Origin: Octopus vulgaris
Taxonomy: Eukaryota
Length of the DNA: 64,000 nt
Assembly (NCBI GenBank): GCA_951406725.2
Contig: OX597816.1
Location: forward strand, 132,804,001 to 132,868,000
Direction of reading: 5' to 3'
Of the stretch, positions 1-12,432 are shown piece after piece. Made by a program: the position numbers and the translations under genes. The notes beneath the pieces were generated by a model, which saw only the letters and a program-made list of their open reading frames with translations, was not told the DNA's origin and did not search any database. Numbering within the stretch: the stretch's first letter is position 1; the number at the start of each line of letters is the position of its first letter.

Positions 1-177
1 TATGACTTGTTTATGGGGTTACCCAAGGTTTTGTGTCCACAAAGCACTTAGCTTTACAGTGTCTCATCAGATCCTAAAGGCCAGTGGAGGTTATAGGCCA
101 TTATGGTCTGATGAGATGGTGTAAAGCTAAGTGCTTTATGGATGTGTAACCCTGAGTGACTCCATAAACTGGCCATA
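1..177. mobile_element. Fold-back (MITE-like) inverted repeat, ~82-bp imperfect arms, may extend left of the window
   Basis: 1-82 (...AAAGCACTTAGCTTTACAGTGTCTCATCAGA..GGCC) is the imperfect reverse complement of 96-177 (GGCC..TCTGATGAGATGGTGTAAAGCTAAGTGCTTT...). Confidence 0.7.
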
Positions 178-260
178 ACTATCTTTATCTAAATACTCTA
201 CTGCTCTATAACTTAGAATGTTCTTCCCTTTTGAATTTATGATTTACTGACAATATATAC

Positions 261-307
<47 letters not shown>

Positions 308-311
308 TATA

Positions 312-1159
312 CAGGGTGCAGTAAATCAATTGTTGTCTAAATCATGCAAAAATGAAAATATCACTGACATCTCATTTCAACATATATTTACCAAAATTAC
401 ATAAAAATATCTTGAAATGCTAAAGAGTAAATTTATTCAATAAAATTGCCATTGGCTTCCAGCCAACTTTCGAATCTCCTACAACTCTTTTGGATGGCCT
501 CGTTGTTTAAGTTGGTGAATGCTGCCATAATCCTTTCCTTCAGTTCATCTTTGGTGTTGCAAGGAATTTTGTTGGTCTCTTGCTCAATTACGCTCCACAC
601 AATAATCAAGGAAGTTGCTGTCTGGGGAGTTAGGTGGCCAAATGGTAGGGGTGATGTGGTCGCAGAAATTGTCTGACAGCCATGATTAGCTTCTCCTGTG
701 TGTGGCATGATGCAGAGTCCTGTTGCCAGACATAAGGTCTTTCAACAGCCACCCTCTTGACCCAGGGCAGCCCTACCTCCTCCAGGCACTTGATATAAGC
801 CTCTGTGTTGAGTTTGAGGCCATGTGGGAAGATGAATGGAGGCATAACATTGCCATCACTAGTAATCACTTCAAAAACCATGATTTTTTATTTTATATCA
901 CTCTCAGTACATGTTTTGTTGACTCAGATTGACATCCAACACTCCGAAATGTTCATATTGGATCTTCTGGCGCAAATGCCAAGCAGTTCAATATGTCATT
1001 TACAAATTTCTGGCAGAGTGAATTGCATCATGGTGCTGTTTTTCTCAGTCTTGTCCAACTCACCCTACTATACTGTATAGTTGACAAAATCAAAAACAAG
1101 CAATGCGCATGTGCGAAATTAAAAATATAAAATAGCGACAATTTACCCATCGCATCCTG
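312..1159 (-). mobile_element. Internally deleted, decayed Tc1/mariner (maT-like) DNA transposon
   Basis: TA-flanked ends CAGGGTGC.../...GCATCCTG. Minus ORFs 630-881 and 433-708 give transposase pieces (MPPFIFPHGLKLNTEAY, YVWQQDSASCH, VWSVIEQ...ELKERI, EANGNFIE). Confidence 0.8.
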
Positions 1160-2250
1160 TACACACACTCACACACGTGTCAGTTGTATATTGTAATATT
1201 CACCTATTGTGTATGTACCTGTGTTATTTTCTTTTGATTGTTCTGTTTGTATTCATAATCACTATTACTTTTCTTTCTCTTATTTCTGTATAAAATGATC
1301 TTGCCAATAAATTAAAATATAGTTTACTCAGGAGTACACTGAAATTTTCAGTAAAGCAATTTTATTGCAATTATTTCCCTTGCTTGCTCGAGATATTAAA
1401 CACGTGTAGAAGATATTTAGTGATACAGCTAGTGAGGCTGAATGGATTGGTAATTAGTAAGTGATGTGCAGTTTCACTTTTTGAACATAAGTTTTCTACC
1501 CAGATGATGGCCTGAGAAGCTGATGTCTTGTATCGTCTCACTAGTGCTGTGCTGTTTCCATTTTGGTTGACTGTGTAGGCTTTAGCATTACTGAAAATTT
1601 TATCGCTTTTTCATTTAACTTGAAATGGTGAGATTGAAATTTGCTGTGGGTTCTGACTAAGAAGTGTGCTTGTGCATGTGTGCACATGATTTACTTGCAA
1701 TTAAGATATACAAAAATGTTCACATTCAAGATTTTCAAGATGAAATCTTATTTATTTTTAAATGGAGAAATTACAGTGATGGTTATTTGCATGGATGAAC
1801 ACATTCTTTAGAATAAAAAACAAGGTTTGCAACATGAGTAAATTTTTGAACTCTTCCTCTGCAAAAATTTAGAGGGAACATTGGTACTGACCATGACAGA
1901 AATCTTTATATTCTAACACAAAGCATTTTTATTGTAGTTTTTAAGAATTAGCATAATTTACAACTTATATTGACAAACCATTTGAGCTTTTAATTCTCAT
2001 TAATATCCCAATTCATTACACTGTTACACAAATCATTGCTCTCCATACTAATAAATAAGAAAAAAATTGTGTTTTGCTGTTATTAGAGAATCCTGAATAC
2101 CCCCATGTGACTGAAGGTGGACTCATAACGATTATGTTGACAATAAAGCCTTTTTTAATTTCTCTAAGTATATTTTTGTTATAATTTCTTCAAAATTTTC
2201 AGAGATAAAAACCTTTATTTCTTTTCTTTTTTTGTGTGTGTGTCATCCAG

Positions 2251-2493
2251 TCCAACAGCTGCTTGTCAGGATGGCCGAGAGACAATCATTACACTTCGAT
2301 GCGATGTGAAAGAAGACAAACGTGGGACTATTGACTTGCCACCTAAATGTCCAGATGGCACATGTGATGGTTGTACTTTCCACTTTCTGTGGCGTAGCCA
2401 ACATGCCTGTCCTGTTTGCAGAGAAGAAGATTATGATGTTATTGTTAGCGAATGTATAGCTGGTGAACAAACAATTCATTATTATCCCAAAAA
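2251..2493 (+). CDS. ELAPOR: ELAPOR/KIAA1324 (UPF0577) family protein, internal exon (Cys-rich luminal region)
   Basis: ccag| acceptor, |gtaagt donor, phase 2-2. PTAACQDGRETIITLRC...CPDGTCDGCTFHFLWRSQHACPVC matches the family motif C.DGTCDGC.FHFLW.S..ACP.C. Confidence 0.93.
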
Positions 2494-2650
2494 GTAAGTA
2501 TTATAACCAAATATTATTATAGATAAATATAAATGTATTATCAGGCAACAGGTCATACATAATTTCTTTCTTAGATATAGGCTCCCTTTATTAAAAAGAA
2601 ATAAATGCATCATGTTTTTTTTTCTTAAAATAAGTGCCTATTGGGTGATA

Positions 2651-2894
2651 GTGGAGGCACATGGCCTAGTGGTTAGAGCAGTGAACTCGCAGGCGAGGGA
2701 TTGCAGGCTCCGGCAGAAGGTAATGGTGAACTTCTGCTGACTCTTTTGCCACAACTTTCTCTCACTCTTTCCTCCTGCATCTTGCAGCTCACCTGCGACG
2801 GACCAGTGTCCCGTCTGGGTGGGGAACCTATACGCCAAAGAAACTGGGAAACCAGCCCTTATGAGCCAAGCGTGGCTCGAGTAGGAACAAACTG
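2651..2894 (+). mobile_element. tRNA-head SINE with 10-bp target-site duplication
   Basis: A-box-like TGGCCTAGTGGTTAGAGC. TTGGGTGATA occurs at 2641-2650 and 2895-2904. Confidence 0.75.
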
Positions 2895-3129
2895 TTGGGT
2901 GATACTTCAGAGCTTCTGGAACCTACAAAACATCTTTAACCCTTTAGCATCCGGATTACATTGTTTTGAATTAATTATGCATTACTTCATAGCTCTGAGA
3001 TTTCAATGAGGTGATTGTTTTAGTTTTGGTTACTTTGCTGATGCTGTTGCAAATGGTATAAATATCAGAAGTTTGTGTTTTCTCTTCACACCAACTCTCA
3101 AACTTTATGCTAATGTAAAAATATCATAG

Positions 3130-3480
3130 ATGCAGGTGTGGCTATGTGATGAGGATTTTTTTCTCAAGCACATGTTTCTGGGTTCAGTTTCATTGTGTGG
3201 TACCTTCAGCAAATGGTTTCTACTATAGCTTCAGGGAAACCAAAGACTTTGTCATGTATATCTGTCTATGTACAAGTGTATATGTGTTTGTACCCAACTA
3301 CCACTTGGCAACCAATGTTGCTTTGTTTATGTCCCCACAACTAAGCAGTTTAGCAAAGAGATCAATAGAATAAGTAACAAGCTTTGAAATAAAAATGCAC
3401 TGGGGTTAATTTGTTTGACTAAATTCTTCAGGATGGTGCCCCAGTATGGTTGCAGTCAAGTGACTGAAATATATAAAAGA
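3130..3480 (+). mobile_element. Decayed tRNA-head SINE (same family as 53570-53965)
   Basis: GTGTGGCTATGTG...GGTTCAGTT head; tail GGTGCCCCAGTATGG..GCAGTCAAGTGACTGAAA..TAAAAGA. Confidence 0.75.
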
Positions 3481-3789
3481 CATACACACATGAGATCAAT
3501 GATATCTGTGTCTTAGTTAAAACTGAAAGCTATGAACATTAAGGTGACTTAGTACTTACCTCAGTCTGGTGGCTAAACAGAAGCAACTTCCAGATTTTCC
3601 AGTAAAACAGCAATTGTGATTGATTAGACAAATACTTGAAAATGTTCCTAGTTGGTATTTCTCTCTGCTTTGTCCTTTACATGCAAAAGACATTGTAAAA
3701 GTCTAAGAAAATATAATTTGTAAAATGAAATCTATTTGAGATTCTTTATTTTTTTAAACATAATATAAACTTTAAATTTCTTTTTGCAG

Positions 3790-3859
3790 GCATTGCATGA
3801 TAATCAATAATGAGAAGCCCACCACCAAGAAAAAGAAATGTTCTTCAATTCCCTTTGCT
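3790..3859 (+). CDS. ELAPOR: ELAPOR-family internal exon
   Basis: tttttgcag| acceptor, |gtaaga donor. Phase-compatible with both neighbours: (K)HCMIINNEKPTTKKKKCSSIPFA. Confidence 0.85.
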
Positions 3860-4000
3860 GTAAGAATTTATTATATTATTAGTATATCTATGTCATCAAA
3901 ACTGCTGGCAGTTTTATTAATGAGAGAAAATGGTGCATTAAAACAATGGGAGAAACCACTTATAAATGTCAGTAATTGAGTAAATATATATATATATGTG

Positions 4001-4044
<44 letters not shown>

Positions 4045-4048
<4 letters not shown>

Positions 4049-4935
4049 CATTCCAAAAATTATGGCCAGATTCAGAAATATAATTTTATTCCGGAAAAAT
4101 AAACAATAGAAATGTTTTGATTAGTCAGAGTGTGAGCCGTGAACATCTTTGCATCTCTGCCATCAATCAACAAGATTATGCCTTGTTGATAAAAACTTAT
4201 TGACTTTGATGCTAAGAAATCTTTGAAAGCTGATTCTACATCTGGTTCAAACCTGAAAGTTTTATCACTGAAAAAAGCGTTTTCAGTGATTAAAAAAATG
4301 GTAGACAGTGGATGAAAGTTTAGGGGAATATGGAGGATATGGTAAAGTCTCACATCTCAAGTCTGTAAGATTCTGGAGCGTCATTCTTGCAACATGTGAC
4401 TTTGCATTATTGTGGCGCAGAATTGGGCCGTGCTCATTCACCAATGGAAGTCTCATTTTTTTCTAGTAAGCATTCATATCTGAGTTGATTGCAGTAAACC
4501 TCTGCTGTAATGCTCTGATTGGAGAACACCAATTGCAGACTACCAGTCACCATAATCTTTTGCTGATGCAACTTTGGCTTTGGGAAATGTTTGGGGGTCT
4601 CATCACAATCAAGCCATTTACGGTTATCAAAGGATCCACTTTTTGTCACAAGTGACTGTTCGGTCAAGAAAAGGAATATTGATATTTTGCAGAAAGAGCA
4701 TCGAGCACTCTTCAAAGCTCCAAACGTTTTGAATTTCATTGAGCTCATGTGGTACCCATTTATTGAGCTTTGCCACCATAGCAGGTTGCATGAGACCGTT
4801 GCAATATCGATACCAAGTCCCTGAGACATTTCTGTTAGACTTTGATGTGAGTTTTGTTCAACAATTGCATTCACCTTGGTTTTATCTTTGTCTTTGTTGT
4901 CATGGTTACAACAAAACTGTTTAGTTCATCATATT
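4045..4935 (-). mobile_element. Decayed mariner (DD34D) transposase copy
   Basis: Minus ORFs 4434-4874 and 4072-4353: WLDCDETPKHFPKPKLHQQKIMVT, ITAEVYCNQL, FLASKSISFYQQGI; multiple frameshifts. Right end approximate. Confidence 0.8.
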
Positions 4936-5352
4936 TTGTTGAAATTTAGAAAAAAAGAAGAAAAAAGTCAATTTAAAAGAATAAAGATTCAGTTGAAACC
5001 TTTCAGTTTTTTTTTGTGATGCCATTGATTTTTTTCTTTTCTTTTAAAGAAAGAATTTAAATAAAAATTTTATAAAATATTCTTTGTAAAGTAATTGATT
5101 TATAAATAAATATGCAATAATTGATCTGCTCAGTAATTATTTTTGAATCAAATTTGCAATAGAAATCTTTGATTGAAAATAAGGAATCCATTGACTTGTT
5201 GAAGAAATTATATAAATCAGTTTATTTATTTTATTTTTCCTCTTTTAAAAATATCTTAAACATAAAAAAGCCTTATCAAATATGCTTCCTTTCAGTTATG
5301 ATATTTTATCATTTATTCACTCAATATTTCTTTTCATCTCTTTCTTCTTTAG

Positions 5353-5435
5353 ATTGAAATAGGTAGCATGTGTGCGCTGTCAGTTGGCTTATTGTTGCTC
5401 TGTTTGGTATTTTACTGCTGGAAGAAAAATAAGAA
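5353..5435 (+). CDS. ELAPOR: ELAPOR-family transmembrane exon (missed by the ORF track)
   Basis: ttctttag| acceptor, |gtaag donor. IEIGSMCALSVGLLLLCLVFYCWKKNK(K) is a TM helix plus the conserved Y.WKKN.K. Confidence 0.92.
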
Positions 5436-5580
5436 GTAAGATGGATTTGTAATTTTCTCTCTTTTGTTTTTTACTGTTTTAGTATTTGTTTATGTAGGCA
5501 TATAACCTAGTAGTCAGGGTGTTGGGTTCAATTCCTAGACTGGAATTCCTTAGCTCATTAGTATTCAGATCATTCTGTTA

Positions 5581-5740
5581 TCTATATATATATAAAACTG
5601 AGAATGTGTGCATCACTAAAACTCGAGAACTACCCACCCGATTTCATACATTCACAAAATTTTATTTGTCAAGTTCGAGAAAGGAACATAGTAATGAAAA
5701 AATAACAAGATTTTTTTCCAGAATTCTGACGACTTTTTTT
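5581..5740 (+). mobile_element. Helitron-like 5' terminal fragment
   Basis: A|TCTATATATATATAAAACTGAGAATGTGTG resembles the 5' end of the complete Helitron at 21092-21478. No 3' CTAG end seen. Confidence 0.5.
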
Positions 5741-5742
5741 CT

Positions 5743-5795
<53 letters not shown>

Positions 5796-6219
5796 AACAT
5801 ACGTATGTACATACATATAAGAGACCAAAGTGTATGTATGCCTTTAATACAAAATGGGACACGAACGCAAAACATCCAGAAAGGTGATACAAAAAAAAGG
5901 ACAACAAAACATTGAGATAAATGGTACAAAGAAAACAAGGATGGGTCATTCAGAGATTTGTTTCCTCAGTTGAGTTCCAGATTATCTTTGCAATTTCAGC
6001 TGGTTAACATCTTTACTATTCATAATATATCTGCTGTTATTAATAACCAATTATTATTTATTGTTATTATAATTTAGTGGCTGGAACTGGCAAATGGCAC
6101 TTGCCTTTGCTGTGTCAGGGTCATCCAGGGTTGTCTTTGAGGTTCCCTGTGTCACACTAAATGGGTGTCTCCACCATTTTGAGTGTTATTTTCTGTTCTT
6201 GTTTTATTATTCTATTACT

Positions 6220-6410
6220 CTGAGCTGGCAGAATCACTAGTATGGCAGACAGAATGCTTGGTTGCATTTGTTCTGGCTTTTTATGTTCTGAGTTTAAATT
6301 CTGCTGAGGTCAGTTTTGTCTTTCATCCTTTCAGGATTGATAAAATAAATACCATTAAACTATTCCCCTTCTCCTAAAAGTGCTGGTCTTATGCCAAAAT
6401 TTGAAGCCAT
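6220..6410 (+). mobile_element. Second SINE family (core CTTTCATCCTTTC.GG.T.GATAAAATAA); more copies near 8630-8830, 29960-30170, 30310-30600, 37720-37920, 42500-42680, 58965-59135, 63305-63515
   Basis: GAGCTGGCAGAATC head and the shared core recur in both orientations across the window. Confidence 0.7.
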
Positions 6411-6660
6411 TTTTTTACGTCATTGTTTTTGTTGATCTCACTCTGTTACTGTTTCTTTGTTTGTTTCTTTTTATTTCATCGTTGTATTGTCTCCAGTGGT
6501 CAATAATAAAGGAAATTGTCGTTGTTGTTATTGTTGCAAACTAAATCGTTAATCAGTCAATTCAGTTTATTTCTCAGTGTAGATGTAAGTTCAGTGTCAA
6601 TTACATTTAAAATCAAAAGAAAATCATGGAAAACACTAAAATGCAAGCTTTTGTTTTCAG

Positions 6661-6838
6661 ACTGGAATACAAGTATATGATGTTAGTGGAAAGTGCCACT
6701 GGGGAAAAGGAGCTTCCAGCTGCTGAAACCTGTGCCCTTGATGATGGGGAAGAAGAACATTTTGATGTGGTTGACTTTCCTAAGGACTCTAAACGTAAAA
6801 GCCTGCTGAAGACTCTCCGCTCCAAAATGGGATCAAGA
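6661..6838 (+). CDS. ELAPOR: ELAPOR-family cytoplasmic-tail exon
   Basis: ttttcag| acceptor, |gtgagt donor. LEYKYMMLV...ELPAAETCALDDGEEE matches the family LEYKY..L...LPAA.SCA...GE. Confidence 0.93.
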
Positions 6839-7459
6839 GTGAGTATTGTTGTGTTATCAAATAGTTTCTATTCCTCGTGGTGGTTGTAGTTGTGATTGTG
6901 ATGGTTACCACATTGATGGAGTTGTTTTTAGCCTAGACTGACAGGGTCTATGATTTTTGATTTTTTTAATAAATGTTACTTTAGCAGTTGAAATTAGTTC
7001 AGAGATGCTTTTCACTGTAAACTTATTAAGAACAAGTTATATTAAATCTAAATGTCATAAAATAAGTTCACATAAGGTGAAATTTTAATATTTTGATTGG
7101 AGCTCATCATCATCATCATCATCATCATCCTTTAACATCTGTTTTCTATGGGTTGGATGCCATCCTTTTGAACTCTTATGTTATTTTATGAATTCCCTTA
7201 ATGATTTATTCTTTTTATACTGATGCAAAACATGAGTTTCCTCGTACTGTAGTGTTATTTTTACGCTAAATCTAATTATTACATTTTTGTTGTAAATTAT
7301 TTAATAATGACAAATAGACAAAGAAAGAGGTTAGTATATATTGTTTTAATGTCTTCGAAATAAAATCTAAAAGAAAGTTATATGCAACACTTCAAAAAAA
7401 AAAGAAGAAATAAACAATGACCTTTTCTTTGAATGGCTTCTCTTCTCTTTCTGCTTCAG

Positions 7460-7487
7460 AAGGATTGTGATTTTGTTAAACTTGAAG
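7460..7487 (+). CDS. Candidate 28-nt alternative micro-exon of ELAPOR (KDCDFVKLE-G)
   Basis: Pure pyrimidine tract tctcttctctttctgcttcag|, open in phase 0, AG|gtaggc donor. Confidence 0.4.
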
Positions 7488-9140
7488 GTAGGCAAAGTGA
7501 TGTGATCTTGAGAAGGGCTTTTCTTGTGCTGATTCATAAAGCTTACCTTTTGTTTATATTGTGATATAGTTCATACATTGATATAGTTCATACAATGCTT
7601 TCTAAGTTTTTGTGTGCGTGTGTGTGTCTATTTTTTATGAGTTTTTCACATTTAATTTGAAATTATTTTACTTCAGATGCTCATTTCATTGTTCTGTTCT
7701 TTATTGTGCGATATCAGTGTTTGTTGCTCGCATACTATGGAGTTACCACAGAGGAGGCAATAAAGCATTAAATAAAGGATTATATTCTTATATTCCATTA
7801 CTGATTAGACATTGAGAATCAGTTATATACTAGAGTCAATGCAATCAACAGTACCCTTGCCCTACAAACTTTTTACCATGTGCCATTGATATGGTGAAGC
7901 CATTCCATTTTGGTAGCTTATTTTGTCATGATAGGTCAATACTTGTGTTATGTGTGCCATTATTAATTGTTCTTACTTGTAAAATTTATTGGAATACTCT
8001 TTTTTTCTTCAAAATAACATCTGTTTCTAAAAATCTAAAATCATCCATATACATATATATCAAAATTTGAGGGCAAAATGTATTTAATATTAATCACTGG
8101 ATCAGTAAAGTACAATTTTAACGAGGCACAAAGCTCTGCTTTAGATGATTGTATAAAAAGAGAAAATAATTACATCATTTAAAAAAAGCATAACAATCAA
8201 ACATCGAATAGTCATGATTTTTTTAAGAAATATGATTATCAGGGAGAAGAAGCAGTGTTGAGATTGATAACACTGATGGAGAAAACAGTTATAAGTCAAT
8301 GTGTGAATGAGAAATGTTGGTTGGGAGGGAAAACAGAAAGTTTGTTGATTAGATTATTTTATGATTTTTATATTTTTATCTTTGAAAGAATTATTGTGTG
8401 ATATTTGTTTGATCTCAGAAACTGGAATTTGTGGAGAAATCTAGCCTGTTAATTGTATTGATTTTTTGTTTGTTTGTTCAAGTAATCATATAGCTTAAAT
8501 AATGTATGTCTGCAAGTAAAGAATAATTTTAGCTTGTTTGTTGGTTTAGAATGGTCAGACTAGTTCAACATGTTGCTGAAAGTTAACACATGGTTGGATT
8601 TTTTTTTTTTATTAATAAGGACCAGAAAGTGGCAGTTTGGCAAAATTGGTATTTAGTTATTAGTGATATACGAGTTTAAAATCTGATTGAGAAAGACTCT
8701 GCCTTTTATATTTCTGTTGTTTATTATATAAACTACTAATCATATATTGGAGTTGATACAACCAACTACCTCCACTTTAAATAAATAAAAATAAAAATGC
8801 TGGCCTTGAGCCTGAATTTGGAATATTATTTTCATAAGAATTAGAGAGCAGTGGATTGGCAAAATTTATATATAGTTATGTCACTTTACATCTAAGATGA
8901 AATCCCACTAAGATCAACTTTTCATTCTTCTGTGGTCAATAAAATAATTACCAGTGCATGTATTGGAGTTGATATGTAATTGTCTGTACTCTTCTTGAAG
9001 TTTTTGGCCATTTTTTTTTTGGTTACATTGAATGAAAATCAAAGAATGATCAACACCTTATTTTGGAAATCAGTTTATGATTTTACTTTGTTTTCACTGA
9101 ATTTTTATTTCAACAGAATTTAACATGTTTTCCATTGCAG

Positions 9141-9209
9141 GATAGCAGCCATTTTGAAAATATACCATTCGACCATGTAAAGATGCCACTTGATGAACAG
9201 TTTACATAA
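9141..9209 (+). CDS. ELAPOR: ELAPOR-family terminal coding exon
   Basis: ttttccattgcag| acceptor, phase 0, DSSHFENIPFDHVKMPLDEQFT*. AATAAA downstream at 10037 and 10228. Confidence 0.75.
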   Translation, partial: DSSHFENIPFDHVKMPLDEQFT

Positions 9210-9683
9210 GGTGTCACTTAGAACTACTGGCTTAACATTGGATTAAAAAGAAAAAAAAAAACAAAAAAAAATTTATTATGAAAAAAAATGTCATTCTACA
9301 AGTCCATATTTTTGTGTTATAGTTTGTTAAAACTGTGCTTTTATTGGATTTTTACTGGAAACCTGTTTGAAGATGCCTCAAAATATAAAAGGTCATTGAA
9401 CTCAGCTTAAACAGAATCAAAGTATTTGAAAAAAACATTCCAGTATTTGTAACGTTGCTACAACATGGCTAAACCACTGTTACCAATAGGAGCCTGTTGA
9501 CGTGTGGATATTGTCTTATACAAACATACATCAATGGTCCCTCTCACACTGATTTATGTTTTATTGGCAAGTTTAAATGTTCAGTACTGTTATACAGATG
9601 TGTCTAAAATATGATGATGTAAATCATTACTATTATATTATGGTTATATGCAGATGTGTCAATATTGTTAACAGACTTTTATA

Positions 9684-9719
<36 letters not shown>

Positions 9720-11727
9720 ATATATATGTATGTATATATGTATGTATGTGTGTGTGTGTGAAATGAAAGCATTTGACAATACTTTCATATAGGCATATAC
9801 CATTATTGAAGAATATACAATGCTGTCACACACATATCTCAATGCTGTCGTATGGATACACCTCATACGCTTCAACACCCCTCCACATAGAAATGTGTCA
9901 TGTTACATTGGCATCTATACCCACCATTCTATTAATATACTATCATATTAATATTAATATGATAGTATAGTCATATGTCTGAATCTTTGGCTCAATTTTT
10001 TTAATTTAGTTCTAAAATTGTTCTTCATTTTTTTCTAATAAAATACTTACAATCTTTATTTTTTGTATTTTATTTATAGACTGCTTTTAAAATGTTAAAA
10101 ACAAAATTTAAAATGATTAAATGTACAAAAACTTTGAGAGAATGTATAAATTTGTTTTTTTGGAAATTTATTCTATCACAAGAACAATGAATATATTCCA
10201 AGGAGGCCATTTTCATGAAAACTTCATAATAAACTGTCATGGCCAAATATATAATTTTAAAGATGTTTTTTGTCTGATTATGTAATTTAAGTACTTGTTT
10301 TGTTTTAAAACTTAGCTGACAAAAAAGTAGTTACTTTTTTTCAAATGCAAATTCTTTATTTATAACTGTGGTTTGGAGAATAGTTGTACTAATTCTAAAA
10401 TGTCAAAGAGTCACCACAAGTCTTTTTTTTTCTTGAAATTTCTCTTGTTGATTCCCTCCAGTAGAATGTTAAAAAATAAAAATAAATTAAAAAGAGAACG
10501 TTTATCAACTCCCACCAAAATTTGGAGATGACTTTCCAGTTTCCAACCCTAAAGTTTCAGAAGACGTATATAAATTATCACTCATAACCTCTATTATAAA
10601 CACAATCATATTTTTAAATATATATTATCACGCAAAACTTTTCACAGAAACTTACACACATTCTTATTTTATCTGAAGAGAAAAATCTGCAATCATTGGT
10701 GATTTTGTACATTCTTCCAGGAAAAGGTGAGACCTATTGACTTCTTTCTTGAATAAAATATTCTCCAAATCTCCATTTTCTGCAGTATTATTATTTCTAA
10801 TAAAAAACTTGGCTTAATTCTCCTCTATGTACCCCAAACTTTATAGATTAAGCTGCTGCTTGTTGTTCTTCTTTACTAGCTCTACTTTATATCCTGTTAA
10901 GAGTTAGTTGAATATGTACTAGTAACACACTGGGGCTGGTTCAATCAATTCTATCCCTGCCTTATAAATAATAGTCATATTTGTAGCCAAAAGAAATCAA
11001 TATTATAATGGAAGTCCACTGAGTAGCAGAAACAGTAGAGCAGTTTTATTGATGTTGTGGTTTCTGAGGTGCCCATGGATGTTATTAGCCAACAAAAAAT
11101 TTCTGAGATGCAAATCTGAGCAAGCTCAACTAAATGATAAATTTTCAACCTTGAATTCAAATTCTAAATCTTGATTCTGACTAATGAAGAGCAGGTAATA
11201 CTCATGAACTTTACAAATTCATTTTTCGGTTGGTTGACTGGAGGGAAAAAATAGACAAGGCAGGAGGAAGAGAGTTATTCTAGAGTGATACAGTTCTATA
11301 AATATCATAAAAGACATCTTCAGTGTTTAAGATCTCTGAAACAGCTGTAGGGAACAAATTATGAATCAAAGATGAATTTTAGGCTTCTCTACTATTCTAA
11401 ATTTGTTACTCTCAACTATCATTTTACCTGATTCTGTATATGCATACAAGTTTATTCTACCAATTAGAGTTACAGTTCTTTGAAAGAAGAATTGTATGAA
11501 ATATTTAAGTTGTTGGGATTTGTTGAGTGAAGCAAAATAAGGATGGTGAGAAGTAGATATGATTGATTAAAGTTCTTTCAAGGCTGTGCTCTATCATGGC
11601 TGTAGTGTAATGTTTAAAACAAGTTGAAGAATATCAGAAGTCTATATTCTGAATAGAGACATAAACAAGCCATTGATATTGTCATATGTAGTTGATGATT
11701 GCCACAATAGACAAAGGATGAAAGATA

Positions 11728-12238
11728 TGAGACGATGGTAGTTCAGTTGGGTTCAAGCTGCATATAATGAATGCACAACACTCATGAACAATTAACAGAA
11801 TTTTATTTTACTGCACAAATACTTTGCATGTTGGGTAATGAATTAAAAATTGCAACAACAAGGTTTACACACTAGAAGGACAATTATGTAGCTCTTACAA
11901 ATAATTGCTTAAAAAGGCTCTGTAACCAAACTGCCAAGACAGGAGAAAATATACATACTGGGTTCATGTTGATGAACTGTAGCTGCATGTTTAGGTTGAG
12001 TAACAGTTGTGATAACAACTCTTAAAAGTAGCAGAATGAGTATGTGGTTAGCTTAGTTGATGGCAACTACAAACTGAAGTTTGGTGCTCAAAACATGCCT
12101 ATTTATATGCCTAGTTAGGGGAATATTCTGGAGGCTTCTAGATGGATGCATCATGTGATATCTGGCTGCTAGTTGGTCCATAACTCAGCTGATCACATGG
12201 AAAATCTGTTACTAGACCATAATTTTAACTTGTCTCCA
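11728..12238 (-). mobile_element. Probable solo LTR or LTR-like element (~510 bp)
   Basis: TGAGAC...GTCTCCA termini (TG..CA, short imperfect inverted repeat). Minus strand carries HSE, TATA, Inr, then AATAAA (11802-11807) in U3-R-U5 order. Confidence 0.45.
12072..12143 (-). promoter_or_regulatory. Heat-shock element + TATA box + initiator
   Basis: GAAtaTTCtgGAGgcTTCtaGA at 12121-12142. TATAAATA on minus at 12107-12100. TCAGTT Inr on minus at 12077-12072, with its A 32 nt downstream of the first T of the TATA box. Confidence 0.55.
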
Positions 12239-12432
12239 TATCTGCTCACTTGAATTCCTCTTATAGTCACTCTTTACTCCATTGACTTGGTCCATGGTAA
12301 AGGTCTTGGTGTGTTAATTCAAATCTTTTGAGCACTACTAAGTGTTTCTTATATAGAGATTCTCTCGATCTCATTTGTTAACTCTACACACACACGTGTG
12401 TGTGTGTGTGTGTATATATACATATACACATA

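Noticed and set aside
64-114. CTGATGA on both strands of the fold-back element as hammerheads
   Set aside because: No downstream GAAA with a closing stem II.
1495-1545. CAGATGA TGGCC.. possible decayed hammerhead
   Set aside because: Both core halves are mutated; not supportable.
5935-5980. Minus-strand CTGAGGA...GAAT in a TA-adjacent repeat
   Set aside because: Lacks GAAA and a convincing stem II; the repeat may still be Penelope-related.
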